Shown here piece by piece: positions 16,740-26,728 of a stretch of DNA of 64,000 nt. Both the position numbers and the translations under genes were made by a program. The notes beneath the pieces are model-generated. The model searched no databases, was not told the DNA's origin, and worked only from the letters and a program-made list of their open reading frames with translations. This DNA is from an uncultured Candidatus Rokubacteria bacterium (GTDB lineage: Bacteria; Methylomirabilota; Methylomirabilia; Rokubacteriales; CSP1-6), in the NCBI GenBank assembly GCA_963743355.1, contig CAVUPM010000002.1:2631766-2695765 (forward strand). Direction: 5' to 3'. Positions within the stretch are counted from its first letter, which is position 1, and each line of letters opens with the position of its first letter.

Positions 16740-17768
16740 ATGCCGATCGCCACTCCCGAGATCTACGCCGCCATGCTCGATCGGGCGAAGGCCGGGGCCT
16801 TCGCCTACCCGGCCATCAACGTCAGCTCCTCGCAGACCCTGAATGCCGCCCTGAAGGGCTTCGCCGACGCGGCCAGCGACGGCATCATCCAGGTCTCCAC
16901 CGGCGGTGCGTCCTACCTCTCCGGCGCCAAGGTCAACGACATGGTCGTGGGGGCCTCGGCGCTGGCCGAGTACGCGCACGTGGTGGCCGCGCAGTATCCC
17001 GTCAACATCGCGCTGCACACCGACCACTGCCCCAAGAACAACCTCGACAAGTACGTCCGGCCCCTGATCGCGATCAGCCAGGAGCGCGTCGCGCGGGGGC
17101 AAGGCCCTCTGTTCCAGTCGCACATGTGGGACGGCTCGGCGGTCCCGCTCACCGAAAATCTCGCGATCGCCCGCGAGCTGCTGGCCGCCTGCCAGAAGGC
17201 GAAGATCGTCCTGGAGGTGGAGATCGGGGTCGTCGGCGGCGAGGAGGACGGCGTGGTCGGCGCCATCAACGCGAAGCTGTACTCCACCCCCGAGGACGCG
17301 CTGCTCACCGCGGCGGCGCTGGGGACCGGCGAGCACGGCCGCTATCTCCTCGCCGCGACGTTCGGCAACGTGCACGGCGTCTACCAGTCCGGCCACGTCA
17401 AGCTGCGGCCGCCAGTCCTCAAGCAGATCCAGGACGTCGTGGGCAGGAAGACCGCCAGGGCCAAGCCGTTCGACCTCGTCTTCCACGGCGGCAGCGGCTC
17501 GCTGCTCGAGGAGATCCGGGAGACGCTGGACTACGGCGTGGTGAAGATGAACATCGACACCGACACTCAGTACGACTTCACACGGCCGATCGTCGATCAC
17601 ATGATGAAGAACTACAGCGGCGTGCTCAAGGTCGACGGCGACGTCGGCGAGAAGAAGGCGTACGACCCGCGGACGTGGGGCAAGGCCGCCGAGGCCGGCA
17701 TGGCGGCCCGCGTCGTGCGCGCCTGCGAGGATCTCCGGTCGGCCGGCACGACCCTGGCTACCTCATGA
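16740..17768 (+). CDS. fba: Class II fructose-1,6-bisphosphate aldolase
   Basis: 343 aa (MPIATPEIYAAMLDRAKAGAFAYPAINV…HTDHC…GNVHGVY…FHGGSGS). RBS GGAAAGGAG. Confidence 0.9.
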   Translation: MPIATPEIYAAMLDRAKAGAFAYPAINVSSSQTLNAALKGFADAASDGIIQVSTGGASYLSGAKVNDMVVGASALAEYAHVVAAQYPVNIALHTDHCPKNNLDKYVRPLIAISQERVARGQGPLFQSHMWDGSAVPLTENLAIARELLAACQKAKIVLEVEIGVVGGEEDGVVGAINAKLYSTPEDALLTAAALGTGEHGRYLLAATFGNVHGVYQSGHVKLRPPVLKQIQDVVGRKTARAKPFDLVFHGGSGSLLEEIRETLDYGVVKMNIDTDTQYDFTRPIVDHMMKNYSGVLKVDGDVGEKKAYDPRTWGKAAEAGMAARVVRACEDLRSAGTTLATS

Positions 17769-19256
17769 TGCCTCCGGTCGGCTGGGTGGCGGAGTGACGG
17801 GGCGGCGCTGCGGCATCGGGGTGGCGCGCAGGCTGTCGAGCGCGATCGCCGGCATGTCGAGGCTGAGCGCCCGCAGCACGCCGTTGGCGAGCTCGTCGTA
17901 GCGGCTGAAGGCGCGGCGCAGGCGCGCGCGCCAGGCGACGACGCCGCCATTGGCGTGCAGCTCGAACGCGGATTCGCGGCCGTCCAGGGCCGAGGCGACG
18001 TGGTCGGCGGCGAGCTGCAGCAGCGCCGCCCGCTGCAGCGCCGTGTACCCGCCGCCGCCGAACGACTCCTCGAGCCCGGCGCCGATCTCCGGCGACGCCA
18101 GGTCCTTGTCCGACGGCGCGACGACGAGCGACGAGCCGGGCAGGATCCGCAGGATCTCGGCCATGCGCTGCCGCGCCCTCTGCATGGCCAGGCTGCCCGC
18201 GGCGACGTGGGCGCGGCCGGGAATGCAGACACCGTCTTCACCGGGCTCGGGATCCAGCTCGGCGGCGGTCTGGCAGCTCCGGACCGTCTGCACGTCGGTG
18301 ACGAGATCCATCAGGTACTCGAGCGTCGGCTCGTGGTCCTTGAGCCCCATCGCGTCGGCGCAGGCCAGCGCCAGCCCCAGCGTGAACTCGGCCTTGGCCA
18401 GCCAGGCGTAGAGCTGGTGCCAGAAGCACCAGGAGGCGATCGGCTCCGGTGACGGCTCGGTGAGGAAAACGCGCTCCCACGGGACGAGCACGTCGTCGAG
18501 CCAGAGCTGACCATCCAGCTCGTCGAAGCGGCTGCTCAGGGGCGCCAGGAACGGATTGGGGTGGCGCGCGGAGACCTTGCGGCAGAGGACGGTGACACCG
18601 GGCGCGTTCACGGCCACGACGAAGGTCGCGCGGTGGCCGGCGTGATCGACGCCCGAGTGGCTGCCGATGTACACGTCCTCGGCGTAGACGGGACTGGTGT
18701 GCATGCCGACCTTGCCGCGCAGCACGAGGCCGGCGCTGCTCTCGCGGACGACCCGCAGCGCGGCACGCTCGCGTGGGTCCTCGCGCAGCCGGTAGCCGAT
18801 GGTCGCCGCCCCGGCCGAGAACGTCAGGAACCGGCCGGTGCGCGCGATCAGATCGCGATAGTCGGTCGCATCGGCGATCTGCTTCGGCGAGACCTTGCGC
18901 TGGCGGACGGCGTCGAGGATGCCCAGCGCGATGAGGTTGCCGTAGCCCGGCGTGTGCGTCATGTTGCCCGCCGTCTGGAAGATCGTGGCGGAATAGCTCC
19001 GCCCCATCGCGCGCAGGTCAGCCGCGCTCGCCGGCACGACGAAGGCCCACGGGGTTCGCGCGCCCCGCGCGTCGGGTGGGGTGAGGACGAGGTCCTGCCA
19101 GGCGGGATCGCGGTGGCGGTCGTACCAGGCGACGTACTCCTCCACCATCGGGCGAGTGGCGGGATGCAGCGTCACGTCCTCGATCAGGCCCTCGCCCATG
19201 ACGAAGACCCGACGGCCGTCGCGCAGGGTCTCGCGATACTCGGCGCCGGTGCGCAT
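17763..19256 (-). CDS. HpaB-family flavin-dependent monooxygenase oxygenase component (4-hydroxyphenylacetate 3-monooxygenase-like)
   Basis: About 497 aa starting MRTGAEYRETLRDGRRVFVMGEGLIEDVTLHPATRPMVEEY…. Its ATG overlaps the upstream TGA by 1 nt. Confidence 0.8.
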   Translation of the reverse strand: MRTGAEYRETLRDGRRVFVMGEGLIEDVTLHPATRPMVEEYVAWYDRHRDPAWQDLVLTPPDARGARTPWAFVVPASAADLRAMGRSYSATIFQTAGNMTHTPGYGNLIALGILDAVRQRKVSPKQIADATDYRDLIARTGRFLTFSAGAATIGYRLREDPRERAALRVVRESSAGLVLRGKVGMHTSPVYAEDVYIGSHSGVDHAGHRATFVVAVNAPGVTVLCRKVSARHPNPFLAPLSSRFDELDGQLWLDDVLVPWERVFLTEPSPEPIASWCFWHQLYAWLAKAEFTLGLALACADAMGLKDHEPTLEYLMDLVTDVQTVRSCQTAAELDPEPGEDGVCIPGRAHVAAGSLAMQRARQRMAEILRILPGSSLVVAPSDKDLASPEIGAGLEESFGGGGYTALQRAALLQLAADHVASALDGRESAFELHANGGVVAWRARLRRAFSRYDELANGVLRALSLDMPAIALDSLRATPMPQRRPVTPPPSRPEAS

Positions 19257-20306
19257 CAGGCGAGCTTGGGCATGACGTGCTCGGCGAAACGGCGCATGGC
19301 CAGCTCGGCCTCCTCCTGCGGCAGCATCGAGCCCTGATCGAACCAGCCGATGATCTGCGAGAGCCCGAACTCGTCGCGCGCGGCCTGCAGCCGATCGACG
19401 ACCTCGGCGGCGTCGCCGAAGACCGCCTGGTCGCGGACAGAACCTCTCGAACGGCAGGTTGGCCAGGGTCTCCTCGATGATCCGCAGGCGCGGCAGGTGG
19501 TCGGCGTAGGAGTCGGGAAGCTGAGAGAAGATCGTGCGGAGGTTCTCGTAGTACCTCCGCACGCCCGGCCGCATCGCATCCCGCGCGGCCGCACTGGTGG
19601 CGCCGACGTGGATGGGGAACATCAGCGCCATCTGATCGGGCTGCCACGCGTGCCCGGCGGCGGCCAGGCGCGCGCGATAGAGCGTCATGTACTCGCGGAG
19701 CTGGGGCAGCGGCGTGGTCGTCGTGCCCGAATAGATCGGCAGCCCGGTGCCGGCGATGTGGGCGAAGCTCTCCGCCGAGTGCACGGCCACGCGGATGGGC
19801 GGATGCGGCCTCTGCACCGGCCGCGGGACCACCGAGACGTCCTCGACCTGATAGAACGTCCCTCGAAAGCTGAACCGCTCCTGCGTCCACGCCAGCCGGA
19901 TGATCTGCAGTGCCTCGTCGAAGCGCTCGCGGTTCTCCGCCACCGGGATGCCGAAGCCGTGAAACTGGCTGGGGATCGACCCGCGGCCGACGCCGAACTC
20001 CAGGCGCCCGCCCGACAGGAGATCGGCGGTGGCGGCCTGCTCGGCGCAGCTCAGCGGATGATGCAGGGGCAGCAGGCTGACGGCGGTCCCGACGCGGATC
20101 CGCTTCGTGCGGTGGGCGATCACCGGCACCGCCATGAGCGGGTTCGACAGCAGCGAGAAGGCGCCGCCGAAGTGCAGCTCGGCCAGCCAGGCCACGTCGA
20201 AGCCCAGCGACTCGGCCAGCGCGATGCGGTCGAACATCTCGCCGTAGCGCTCGGTGTGCGTCTGCCCCGGGGCCTCCGGCGCCTGGAAGAAAAGGCCGAA
20301 TCGCAT
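19256..20306 (-). pseudogene. Luciferase-like (LLM-class) flavin/F420-dependent oxidoreductase with one frameshift
   Basis: MRFGLFFQAPEAPGQTHTERYGEMFDRIALAESLGFDVAWLAELHFGG… continues to …ETLANLPFERF, then a frame change near 19450 into …VRDQAVFGDAAEVVDRLQAARDEFGLSQIIGWFDQG…PKLA*. Confidence 0.7.
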
Positions 20307-20367
20307 CGCAGGCGAGCATACGGCATACTGCCCCTCGCCGTCACCCCGCGCCAAAGGAGCCGGGATC

Positions 20368-20916
20368 ATGCCGAGAGTCGCCCCCGTCACCGGGAAGTCC
20401 GACGTGCCCGCCGAGCACCATCACGTGGTCGACGCCGTCATGGAGGTGTTCGGCAACGTGCGCGGCCCCTTCAGCATGCTGCTGCACAGCCCGAAGCTGG
20501 CCGAGCGGGTGCTGGGCCTGGTCAAGTTCTTCCGCGACGAGAGCATCGTCGAAGGCCGGCTGCGGTCGCTGGCCATCCTCACCGCGGTGCGGGAGCGTGA
20601 GGCAGCCTACGTGTGGGCGGCGCAGGTGGGGGCGGCGCGCCGGGCCGGCCTGCGCGAGGAGGCGATCGACCTGATCCGCGCGAAGGGCGATCCGGGCAAG
20701 CTGCCGGCGGAGGAGGCGGAGATCGTCGCCTACACGCGTCAGCTCATGCGCACCAACCGCGTCGACCAGGCGGCGTTCGACGCGCTCGCCAAGCGCCATG
20801 GGGCGCAGTGGATTCTCGAGCTGACGGCCGCGGCAAACTACTTCGCGATGCTGTCCGGCGTGGTCAACGCCTTCGAGGTCCCCGCCCCGCCCGACGGCGA
20901 CAAGCTGCCCGCGTGA
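20368..20916 (+). CDS. Carboxymuconolactone decarboxylase-family (AhpD-like) protein
   Basis: 182 aa, RBS AAAGGAG. Transcribed divergently from the LLM gene. Confidence 0.7.
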   Translation: MPRVAPVTGKSDVPAEHHHVVDAVMEVFGNVRGPFSMLLHSPKLAERVLGLVKFFRDESIVEGRLRSLAILTAVREREAAYVWAAQVGAARRAGLREEAIDLIRAKGDPGKLPAEEAEIVAYTRQLMRTNRVDQAAFDALAKRHGAQWILELTAAANYFAMLSGVVNAFEVPAPPDGDKLPA

Positions 20917-21692
20917 TGCGCTCGAGGGACGGGTCGCGGCGATCACCGGGGGCGCGCTCGGGATCGGGCGGGCGACGGCGCTGCTCTTCGCGGCCGAGGG
21001 GGCGGCGGTGGCGGTGGGCGACGTGCAGGTCGACGCCGCCGAGGGCGTGGCCAAGGAGATCGTGCAGCGCGGCGGCCGGGCGATCGCCGTCGGCGTGGAC
21101 GTGGGCGACGCGGGCCAGGTGCAGGCGTTCGTGGACCGCGACGGTGGCCGAGTTCGGGCGGCTCGACGTGATGTTCGCCAACGCGGGGATCGCCCACTCC
21201 GCGCCGTTCCTGGAGCACGCCGAGGCGCAGTGGCACCGCGTCCTGCGCGTCAACCTCACCGGCGTGTTCCTCTGCTGCCAGATCGCCGCGCGCCAGATGG
21301 TCAAGCAGGGTGGCGGGCGCATCATCACCACCGCGTCCATCAACGGCTTCCGCGGGGTCGAGAACCTCGTCGGCTACAACATCGCCAAGGCCGGCGTGAT
21401 CGAGCTGACCAAGACCATGGCGGTGGAGCTGGCCCAGCACAACATCCGGGTGAACGCCATCGCGCCCGCTCAGATCGACACCCGGCTCACGCGCGGCTTC
21501 TCCGACGACGCGAAAGCCCGCCGCACGGAGCGGATCCCGATGGGGCGCTTCGGCGAGGTGGACGAGGTCGCCCGGGTCGCGCTGTTCCTCGCCTCCGACG
21601 ACGCCAGCTACGTCACCGGCCACACGCTCGCCGTGGACGGCGGCTACCTGGCCGGCGGCCTGTGGTCGCGGGCGCCGCACGCGGAGCGGGCG
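20916..21692 (+). pseudogene. SDR-family oxidoreductase with at least 2 frameshifts (end approximate)
   Basis: The start appears to be ATG-CGC followed by a missing base. Readable segments: LEGRVAAITGGALGIGRATALLFAAEGAAVAVGD…QAFVDR | TVAEFGRLDVMFANAGIA…NGFRGVENLVGYNIAKAGV…LAVDGGYLAGG. Confidence 0.65.
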
Positions 21693-22834
21693 ATGATCAA
21701 GCGCTTCTCGACCCTCTACGTGGGCCACATCGAGCTGGAGCAGTGCGGCCTGTCGGGCACGCCGGCCGACGATCGCCGGTATCCCAACGCAGCGGCTGAC
21801 GGAGGTGTTCGATACCGCCGCGGCGCTGGCCCGCGCCACCGACGCGCTCGGCTACGAGACCCTGTGGCTGGCCGAGCACCACTTCCAGCACGAGGGCTAC
21901 GAGTGCATCCCCAACATCCCGCATGCTGGCGGTCGACCTCGCCCATCGCACGGAGCGCGTCAAGATCGGCTGCGCCTTCAACATCGTCCCCACCTGGCAT
22001 CCGCTTCGCCTGGCCGAGGACTACGCGACGGCGGACATCCTCACCGGGGGCCGCGTCGTCTTCGGCGTGGGCCGCGGCTATCACTCCCGCGAGGTCGAGA
22101 CCTTCGGCAACCCGATGCTGGACGCCGAGGCCAACCGCGAGCTGTTCGAGGAGCAGGTCGAGATCATCCTCAAGGCGTTCCGCCAGGAGTCGTTCTCGCA
22201 CCAGGGCAAGCACTACACGCTGCCGCCCGAGGTCCCCTATCGCGGCTATCGCCTGAAGGAGCTCACGCTGGTGCCGCGGCCCGTGCACCAGCCGGTCGAG
22301 GTCTGGCAGCCCATCGTCAGCGGCAGCGCGCGCAGCCTCGACTTCATGGCCAGCCACGGCATCAAGGGCGTGATCTCGTCCACGGCCGAGAGCGTCGTCG
22401 AGCGCTGGCTGCAGGACTACCAGGCGGCGGCGCGGCCGGCACGGGCGCGCGCTGGCGCTCGGCGAGGACGTGATCCTCGGCTTCCGGATGTGCCTCGACG
22501 AGACCCCCGAGCGCGCCATCGCAGCGCGCCCGCCCCTACTTCGAGGAGCACGCCAAGTTCATGGCGCCGCTCGGCATGCTGCGCTACAGCGAGGAGCACG
22601 TGACGGCGGTGGCCGCGCGGCAGGCGCAGTCGCCGACCGGGGCCACGCTGGAGAACGGCGTGCGCAACCGCAGCTGGCTCTGCGGCCGCCCGCGCTGACA
22701 TCGTCGCCTATCTCAAAGAGGTCGAGGCCCGCTACCCCGGGCTGGAGCACGTCATGATCGCCTGGGCGCTGGGGACACCGCGCGAGCTGATGATCGAGCA
22801 GCTCACGCGCTTCGTCGCGCGAGGTCATGCCGGC
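21693..22834 (+). pseudogene. Second LLM-class flavin-dependent oxidoreductase, at least 5 frameshifts
   Basis: Pieces in three frames: …RLTEVFDTAAALARATDALGYETLWLAEHHFQHEGYECIPNIP | MLAVDLAHRTERVKIGCAFNIVPTWHP…HGIKGVISST… | …VILGFRMCLDETPERAIAA… | …LTRFVAR | EVMPAFQ*. Confidence 0.6.
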
Positions 22835-22837
22835 GTT

Positions 22838-22965
22838 TCAGTGAACGTGGGGGCCCCGACATGGCCCCCCACTCCGAGGTGCGTGGTCGAGGCGCGCCAC
22901 GCTCGATCGCGCCGCGATCGCCGCATGTCGCGCCTCCCAGAGGCCTCCGAATCCCGGGTGTAGAG
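22838..22965 (+). repeat. Intergenic palindrome-containing repeat, copy D
   Basis: GAACGTGGGGGCCCCGACATGGCCCCCCACTCCGAGGTGCGTGGTCGAGGCGCGCCACGCTCGATCGCGCCGCG…, with the second module in inverted orientation relative to copy A. It ends about 30 bp before the DUF222/HNH gene start. Confidence 0.65.
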
Positions 22966-22991
22966 TCCCGTCAGCAGAAGGAGGACTCGTC

Positions 22992-24200
22992 ATGCAGATG
23001 TCCTCGTCCGACCTCGACCGCCTGGGCGATGAGATCGCCGAGCTCTCCGCCCACCTCGACGCCGCCACCGCGCGCCTGCTCGATCTCATCCGCGAGTTCG
23101 ACGCCCGCGCCGGCTGGAACACCGGCTTCCGCTCCTGCGCCGCCTGGCTGTCCTGGCGCGTGGGGTTCTCCCCGACCGCGGCCCGCGAGCACGTGCGGGT
23201 GGCGCGCGCGCTCGGCACGCTGCCGCTGCTGGCCCAGGCCCTCGCCCGCGGTGAACTCTCCTACGCCAAGGTCCGCGCCCTGACCCGCGTCGCGACCCCC
23301 GAGACGGAGGAGCGGCTGCTGGCGGTGGGCCGGGCCGGCACCGCCGAGCACGTCGAGCGCATCGTGCGCGGCTGGCGGCAGGTGGACCGGCAGGCCGAGG
23401 CCCGAGAGGCGGCCCGGCAGCATGCCAGCCGCACCCTGCAGGTGTATCCGGACAGCGACGGCACGGTGATCGTCCGGGGGCGGCTGACCCCGGAGGTCGG
23501 TGCCCTGCTCGTGCAGGCGCTGGCGGCCGCGCGCGAGACGCTGTATCAGCAGGCGCGCGATCAGGAGCCGGAAGCCGACCCGCCGACGATGGTCCAGCAG
23601 CAGGCGGATGCCCTCGCCCTGCTCGCGGAGACGGCACTGCATCACGGGATGGATCCCGGCGCCCCGGGCGAGCGCTACCAGGTGGTCGTCCACGTCGACG
23701 CCGAGGTCCTGGCGGATGCCGATGCGCCGGGCCAGTCCGTCCTCGAGGACGGCGCGCGCGTTCCCGCGGGAACGTCCCAGCGCTGCCTGCGACGCCAGCC
23801 GGGTGATCATGCGACACGACCCCGACGGGCACGTGATGGAAGTCGGCGCCCGGACGCGCACGATTCCCCCGGCGCTACGGCGGGCGCTGCACCATCGCGA
23901 TCGCGGCTGCCGCTTCCCGGGCTGCGGCGTGCGGTTCGGCCAGGGCCATCACATCCGTCACTGGGCGCACGGCGGGCCCACCACGCTCTCGAATCTCGCG
24001 CTGCTGCGTCGCCGACACCACCGCGCGGTCCACGAGGAGGGGTACCAGCTCGATCGCCAGGCGGATGGGGAGCTGCAGTTCCGGCGGCCGGATGGTCGAC
24101 CCATACCCGAGGTCCCGCCGTCGCCCGAGGTGCGCGGCAATGCCGTGCAGGTCTTCCGAGAGCGACACGACGCGGAGGGGCTTTCCGTCGCTTCGGGTAG
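22992..24200 (+). pseudogene. DUF222 + HNH endonuclease-domain protein (REP13E12-like family), one frameshift
   Basis: N-terminal DUF222-like region (MQMSSSDLDRLGDEIAELSAHLDAATARLLDLIREFDARAGW…) and an HNH motif in the +1 frame (…RDRGCRFPGCGVRFGQGHHIRHWAHGGPTTLSNLALLRRRHHRAVHEEGYQL…). The frame change is near 23770. Confidence 0.7.
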
Positions 24201-24204
24201 TCGA

Positions 24205-24285
24205 AGCGATTTCTTCACAACCTCTACGCCGCGGCGCGCCGAGCGCCGGGGGGGCATATCGGGCCCCCCCACGTCCCTAGACGCT
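24205..24285 (-). repeat. Intergenic palindrome-containing repeat, copy E (short, inverted)
   Basis: …CGCCGCGGCGCGCCGAGCGCCGGGGGGGCATATCGGGCCCCCCCACGTCCCTAGACG. Its CTAG end supplies the RidA stop codon. Confidence 0.55.
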
Positions 24286-24675
24286 GCCGCCGAGGAAGCC
24301 GGTGGCGTTGACCTCCACGAGGAGCTGCGGCGTCGCCAGCGCCCGCACCTCCACCAGCGTCGAGGTCGGGAAGTCGCCCGAGAAGGACTCCCGCCGCGCC
24401 TTCCAGACCTCCTCGCGCTGTTTGATGTCGGTCACGTAGATGTCCACCCGGATGATGTCGTTCATCGTGCCACCCGCCGCCTCGACGAGGTGCTTGATCT
24501 TGGTGAACGTCTCCTTCGCCTGGCTGTACATCGAGCCGTCGCCGAGCACGCCGCCCTGGCCGTCACCGGCGGTCATGCCCGCGACGAAGAACTGGTTGCC
24601 GTAGAGGCGGCAGTTCGACCACGTCCCGGGCGCGGGCTCCTTCAGATGTGGACTCGTCACGCGCTGCATCTTCAT
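24277..24675 (-). CDS. RidA/YjgF/L-PSP-family enamine/imine deaminase-like protein
   Basis: 132 aa (MKMQRVTSPHLKEPAPGTWSNCRLYGNQFFVAGMTAGDGQG…VEVRALATPQLLVEVNATG). RBS GAGGAGG. Confidence 0.8.
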   Translation of the reverse strand: MKMQRVTSPHLKEPAPGTWSNCRLYGNQFFVAGMTAGDGQGGVLGDGSMYSQAKETFTKIKHLVEAAGGTMNDIIRVDIYVTDIKQREEVWKARRESFSGDFPTSTLVEVRALATPQLLVEVNATGFLGGSV

Positions 24676-24706
24676 GGTGTCCTCCTCGGGACGTGTGTGG
24701 CATCGT

Positions 24707-25603
24707 TCACGCGGTCGCGACACTCGCGGCGGGCAGCACCGTGGTGACGAACCGATAGCTGTTGTTCGCCGTATAGCGCGGATCGGAGCGGCACAGGGCC
24801 ATGAACGCCCGATGCCCGGCCCTGGCGCGCCCCACCAGACACCCGGCGCTGGCGCGTCCGATGTCCGACTTGGGCAGATCGAACCCCCAGTGCTGGTTCA
24901 CGCCGAACAGCCCCTCGAACACCTGGTCGCCGGTCCGCTCGAAGTCCTGGTTCAGGTCCCGGTGCACGCGAATCGGGGCCGTCTGCACGAGCGCCTCGTG
25001 GCCGCTGGGCCGGCCGGCCATGTGCGTCCCGACCGACCACGCCTTGTACTGCCCGAAGGCGATGCGCGCCGCCCCCCGCGGATCGAGCTTTTCGATGAGC
25101 GTGTAGTGCTTGCCCGGCTCGGTGGTCGCCTCCCAGATCTCCTCGATGACCGGGTTGCCGGACCGGTTCACGCGCAGCACCACCCGCAGGTCGTTGAACA
25201 CGTTCGGGGCATCGGTGTTCGGCGCGCCGTCCTCGTCCATCCCCTCCACGTAGACGATGTTGACGCAGTCCGGGTGGCGGCTGAGCCAGTGCCCGGCCTT
25301 CTGCATCGCGGCCACGATGCGCCCGGCCAGCGAGTCCGGCGGGCGAAGCGGAAACACCGGCGCGTCGGCCAGCAGCGCCCCGGCCACCTCCGCGTCGAGC
25401 GCCGTCTTCCCCGGCGTGCCGACCTTGCGCAGGAACTGTGCGATCCCCCACAGCGACACCGGGCCGAAGGCGCCGTCGGCCGGCGGGTCGAGCAGACCAT
25501 GCGCGGTGAGACGTTCCTGCGTCTGGGTCGCCAGCGCGCGGTCACCTCCGATGAGCGCCAGCGGTACCGCGCGCCCGCTGGCCTCGATCTCGTGCAGGGT
25601 CAT
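24707..25603 (-). CDS. Hypothetical protein with a peptidoglycan-binding-like N-terminal segment and a Cys/His-containing C-terminal domain (possibly YkuD/L,D-transpeptidase-like)
   Basis: 298 aa. The …LTAHGLLDPPADGAFGPVSLWGIAQFLRK stretch resembles PG_binding_1. …VNQHWGFDLPKSDIGRASAGCLVGRARAGH is weakly like the HxxxxSxGCxR motif. The start is coupled to the upstream stop in an ATGA arrangement. Confidence 0.35.
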   Translation of the reverse strand: MTLHEIEASGRAVPLALIGGDRALATQTQERLTAHGLLDPPADGAFGPVSLWGIAQFLRKVGTPGKTALDAEVAGALLADAPVFPLRPPDSLAGRIVAAMQKAGHWLSRHPDCVNIVYVEGMDEDGAPNTDAPNVFNDLRVVLRVNRSGNPVIEEIWEATTEPGKHYTLIEKLDPRGAARIAFGQYKAWSVGTHMAGRPSGHEALVQTAPIRVHRDLNQDFERTGDQVFEGLFGVNQHWGFDLPKSDIGRASAGCLVGRARAGHRAFMALCRSDPRYTANNSYRFVTTVLPAASVATA

Positions 25604-26601
25604 GGCGTCAGGCCCAGCAGCGCCTCCAGATTCCGCCAGAGGATCCGCTCCTTCTCCTCCGGCGTCAGGCTCGGGAGGCCCTGCACCCAGGTGACGGGCG
25701 ACGGGTGCCACGGCACGAAGGGCCAGTCGCTGCCGAGCACCACGCGGTCGGCGCCGACCTGGTCGATCAGGAAGCGCAGCGCCTCCTCGCTGCCCGTCAC
25801 CGAGTCGTAGTAGAGGCGGCGCTGGTAGGCGCTCGGCGGCTGCGGGATGCGGCGAGCCTCGGGCCGGCCCTGCCAGCCGCGGTCGAGCCGCCCCATCGCG
25901 TAGCAGGCCGGGCCGCCGCCGTGGGCGATGCACACGCGGAGATCGGGACACGCCTCCAGCACGCCGCCGCGATCAGGATCGCGACGACGATCGCGTCGTC
26001 GAGGATCACGCCGAGGCTGTTGAAGAGCCCGTCGCGCGGGGTGCGCTGCATCAGGAAGTTGTTCTGCGGCTGCGGGATGAAAGAAGAGGACGGCGCCCAT
26101 CGCCTCGGCGGCCTTGAAGAACGGCAGGAACTTCGGCTCGTCCCACTGCTCGCCGTTCACGTGCGTGTCGAGCTCCGCCCCCTTGAGGCCCAGCACGGTG
26201 ACCGCGCGCTCCAGCTCGTCGATGGCCGCCTTGACGTCCTGCACCGGCAGCGTCGCGAGGCCGGCGAAGCGCGCGGGGGTGCGCGCGCCATGCCGGCGAT
26301 CTCGTCGTTGACCTCGCGCGCGAGCGCGAGCCCCTGCGCGCCGTCGAGGTGGTAGCCGAAGAACGGCGTGTGGATCGAGACGCACCTGCACGTCCACGCC
26401 CTGCGCGTCCATGTCCTTCAGCCGCTCGTCGACGGTGAAGCGGACCTTGGGCGAGTTGAAGGCGGTGCGCTTGCCATCGCCCGTCATGGTGCCGAGGCCC
26501 TCGCCCGGCTGGTGCCGGTAGCCGTGCCACTCCCGACCGGCGTCGACCGCGCGCCACAGCGACTGCGGCACGACGTGAGCGTGGATGTCGATGGTGCGCA
26601 T
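25600..26601 (-). pseudogene. Amidohydrolase-2 family (ACMSD-like metal-dependent hydrolase/decarboxylase), at least 3 frameshifts
   Basis: MRTIDIHAHVVPQSLWRAVDAGREWHGY… continues to …DVKAAIDELERAVTVLGLKGAELDTHVNGEQWDEPKFLPFFKAAEAMGAVLFFHP, then …RVVLGSDWPFVPWHP…LGLTP*. The middle segment is in other frames. RBS GGAGGAGG. Confidence 0.7.
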
Positions 26602-26728
26602 GCGGGGTCCTCCTCCGGAGGCGGATCTCGGCGCAGTGTAGCTGAAGACGCGCGCGCCCCGATCGGCCTTGACATCGGGTGTGATAATTAACCATACGTT
26701 TAGTTGACACGTGAGGCGAACGGCCGAG
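26602..26728. promoter_or_regulatory. Divergent intergenic region between the amidohydrolase and tetR genes, with promoter-like hexamers and an imperfect palindrome
   Basis: CTTGACATCGGGTGTGATAATTAACCATACGTTTAGTTGACACGTG contains TTGACA twice, GATAAT, and AACCATACGTTTAGTT, whose two half-sites match 6 of 8. Confidence 0.3.

Noticed and set aside
23086-23832. A 248-aa minus-strand ORF inside the DUF222/HNH gene
   Set aside because: Proline/arginine-rich shadow ORF.
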